The notes under the pieces: model-generated
The model's input: the letters and a program-made list of their open reading frames with translations, nothing else
What the model was told of the DNA's origin: nothing
Databases searched by the model: none
Shown: positions 62,781 to 64,000 of the stretch, piece after piece
How the letters are laid out: each line of letters opens with the position of its first letter
How positions within the stretch are numbered: the stretch's first letter is position 1
IMG/VR virus record: IMGVR_UViG_3300033183_000299
Location: 43,508 to 107,507 of that record
DNA: 64,000 nt
From: a virus
Direction: 5' to 3' (one strand)
Translations under genes and position numbers: made by a program

Positions 62781-64000
62781 TTAGAACAAGTACATTACTC
62801 CACCTTTCTTAACGAACATAGCAGAAGAACCACCGTGAAGAACAACGTTACCGTCAGTTTCGCCGTCGATTGACTCACCACCAGCAGCAGAGAAAGTTAC
62901 AGAAGAAGAACCTTCAGCAACCTTAACCATGATGAAGTATTCTTCAGTCATAACTGGTAAAGTGAAAGACTTAGGAGCAGAAGCGTTAACGATGTAGTGA
63001 GTAGCAGCACCCATTGCAGAGTCAGCTTCAGTCAAGTAAGCAACTTTAACGAAACCGTCGAAGTGAGCATCATGCTTAGCTTCGATACGTGCTTCTTCGC
63101 CTTGAGCGCGAGTTACTTCAGCAGCCAAGTTAGCAGTCAAAGTAGCTTCAGCAGCATCAGACTCAGACTCAACACGAGCAATTTCTGCTACAAAGTCAGT
63201 TTCCATTTGAGAGAAAGTAGACTCAACAGCACCAGACAAAGCATCAATGTTACCTTGAAGGGTAGCGTCACCAGCAATACGTGCAGCTTCTTCAGTGGTG
63301 ATAGAAGCAGCCAATACAGCTTCAGCAGCCAAGGCACGAGCTTCTTCATCATCAACTGCGGTTTGAAGCAATGCGTCAGCAGCAGCAAACTCAGAGCGGA
63401 TCAAAGCACGGTCATTGTCGCCGTCCAATTCATTTTGGTCAACATCAGCTTGAAGAGCAGCGAAATCAGAAGCAACAGCACCAGAGAACGCATTCAATTC
63501 AGAAGTGTGAGTTCCCAAAGCAGCAGTGATTGCATCATTCAAGTCAGAATCAGCAGATTGGAATGCAGCAACGATTTCAGACAAAGAGTCCAAAGCAGCA
63601 GGATCAGTGTTAGACAAGATGTCATTGATTTGTGCTTGAAGACCAGCATCACCAGAAATACGAGCAGCTTCTTCTGCATCGATGTTGCCTTGCAATACGC
63701 CTTCAGCAGCAAGAGCACGAGTCTCTTCGGCCAAGATAGCAGCATCAGCATCAGCTTCGTTTTGATCTACGTCAGCTTGCAATGTAGCCAATTCACCAGC
63801 GAAGAATGTTTCCATTCCTGAACGATAAGCAGCAGCAGAAGAAGACAATGCATCGATGTTACCTTGAAGAACGCCATCGGCAGCAATACGTGCAGCTTCT
63901 TCAGCATCAATGTTTCCTTGAAGAGCAGTGTCGCCAGCAGCACGGTCAAGAAGTTCTTGAGCCAAGTTAGCAGTCAAAGTAGCCTCAGCAGCATCAGACT
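62781..64000 (-). CDS. Ala-rich segmented coiled-coil fibre protein (5' end outside window)
   Basis: Repeats EEAARI(A/S)GD..LQGNID; DPAALDSLSEI motif; the frame stays open to the window end. Confidence 0.75.
   Translation of the reverse strand, partial: SDAAEATLTANLAQELLDRAAGDTALQGNIDAEEAARIAADGVLQGNIDALSSSAAAYRSGMETFFAGELATLQADVDQNEADADAAILAEETRALAAEGVLQGNIDAEEAARISGDAGLQAQINDILSNTDPAALDSLSEIVAAFQSADSDLNDAITAALGTHTSELNAFSGAVASDFAALQADVDQNELDGDNDRALIRSEFAAADALLQTAVDDEEARALAAEAVLAASITTEEAARIAGDATLQGNIDALSGAVESTFSQMETDFVAEIARVESESDAAEATLTANLAAEVTRAQGEEARIEAKHDAHFDGFVKVAYLTEADSAMGAATHYIVNASAPKSFTLPVMTEEYFIMVKVAEGSSSVTFSAAGGESIDGETDGNVVLHGGSSAMFVKKGGVMYLF

Noticed and set aside
62997-63821. 274-aa Ser-rich + strand ORF and the many other + strand/alternative-frame ORFs
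   Set aside because: They are antisense or shifted shadows of codon-biased minus-strand genes, lacking SDs and recognisable motifs. The only + strand gene accepted is the HNH at 29073-29447.

Overview
This window is a fragment of a large T4-like (contractile-tailed, probably jumbo) phage genome. It uses genetic code 11, and almost all genes are on the minus strand. From about 33 kb to 64 kb it holds a minimal family-A polymerase followed by a morphogenesis block: baseplate, tape measure, tail chaperone, tube, sheath, neck, major capsid, scaffold and fibre/decoration genes. From 1 to about 33 kb it holds replication and nucleotide genes (split DnaE, class II RNR, DnaB-like helicase, SSB, RecA, 5'-3' exonuclease, ThyX, UvsE, thioredoxin, GroES, ClpP, tubulin-like protein), two tRNAs and five free-standing homing endonuclease genes (HEGs). 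Five observations stand out. (1) DnaE is encoded in two separately expressed halves. They carry intein-derived (HINT) N- and C-fragments whose junction residues (no C/S at position 1, SPNL instead of TxxH, Arg at +1) cannot splice by any known mechanism, which suggests a domesticated non-splicing clamp. A canonical split intein in RNR provides a control in the same genome. (2) Three HEG cassettes share the layout 'intact recoded gene - HEG - stranded 3' copy', targeting the RNR C-terminus, tRNA-Ile2 and tRNA-Arg. The tRNA remnants sit directly behind their own sigma70-type promoters and resemble acceptor+T-arm minihelices. (3) The tRNA-Arg(UCU) has an atypical long variable arm. (4) A conserved ACTAWTTA motif (putative late promoter) precedes structural genes and every HEG, and four of the five HEG starts also have an RBS/AUG-sequestering hairpin. 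(5) A shared N-terminal leader marks candidate capsid-packaged effectors, including a kinase-like and a GNAT-like protein. All protein family calls come from motif recognition by eye, not from database searches.
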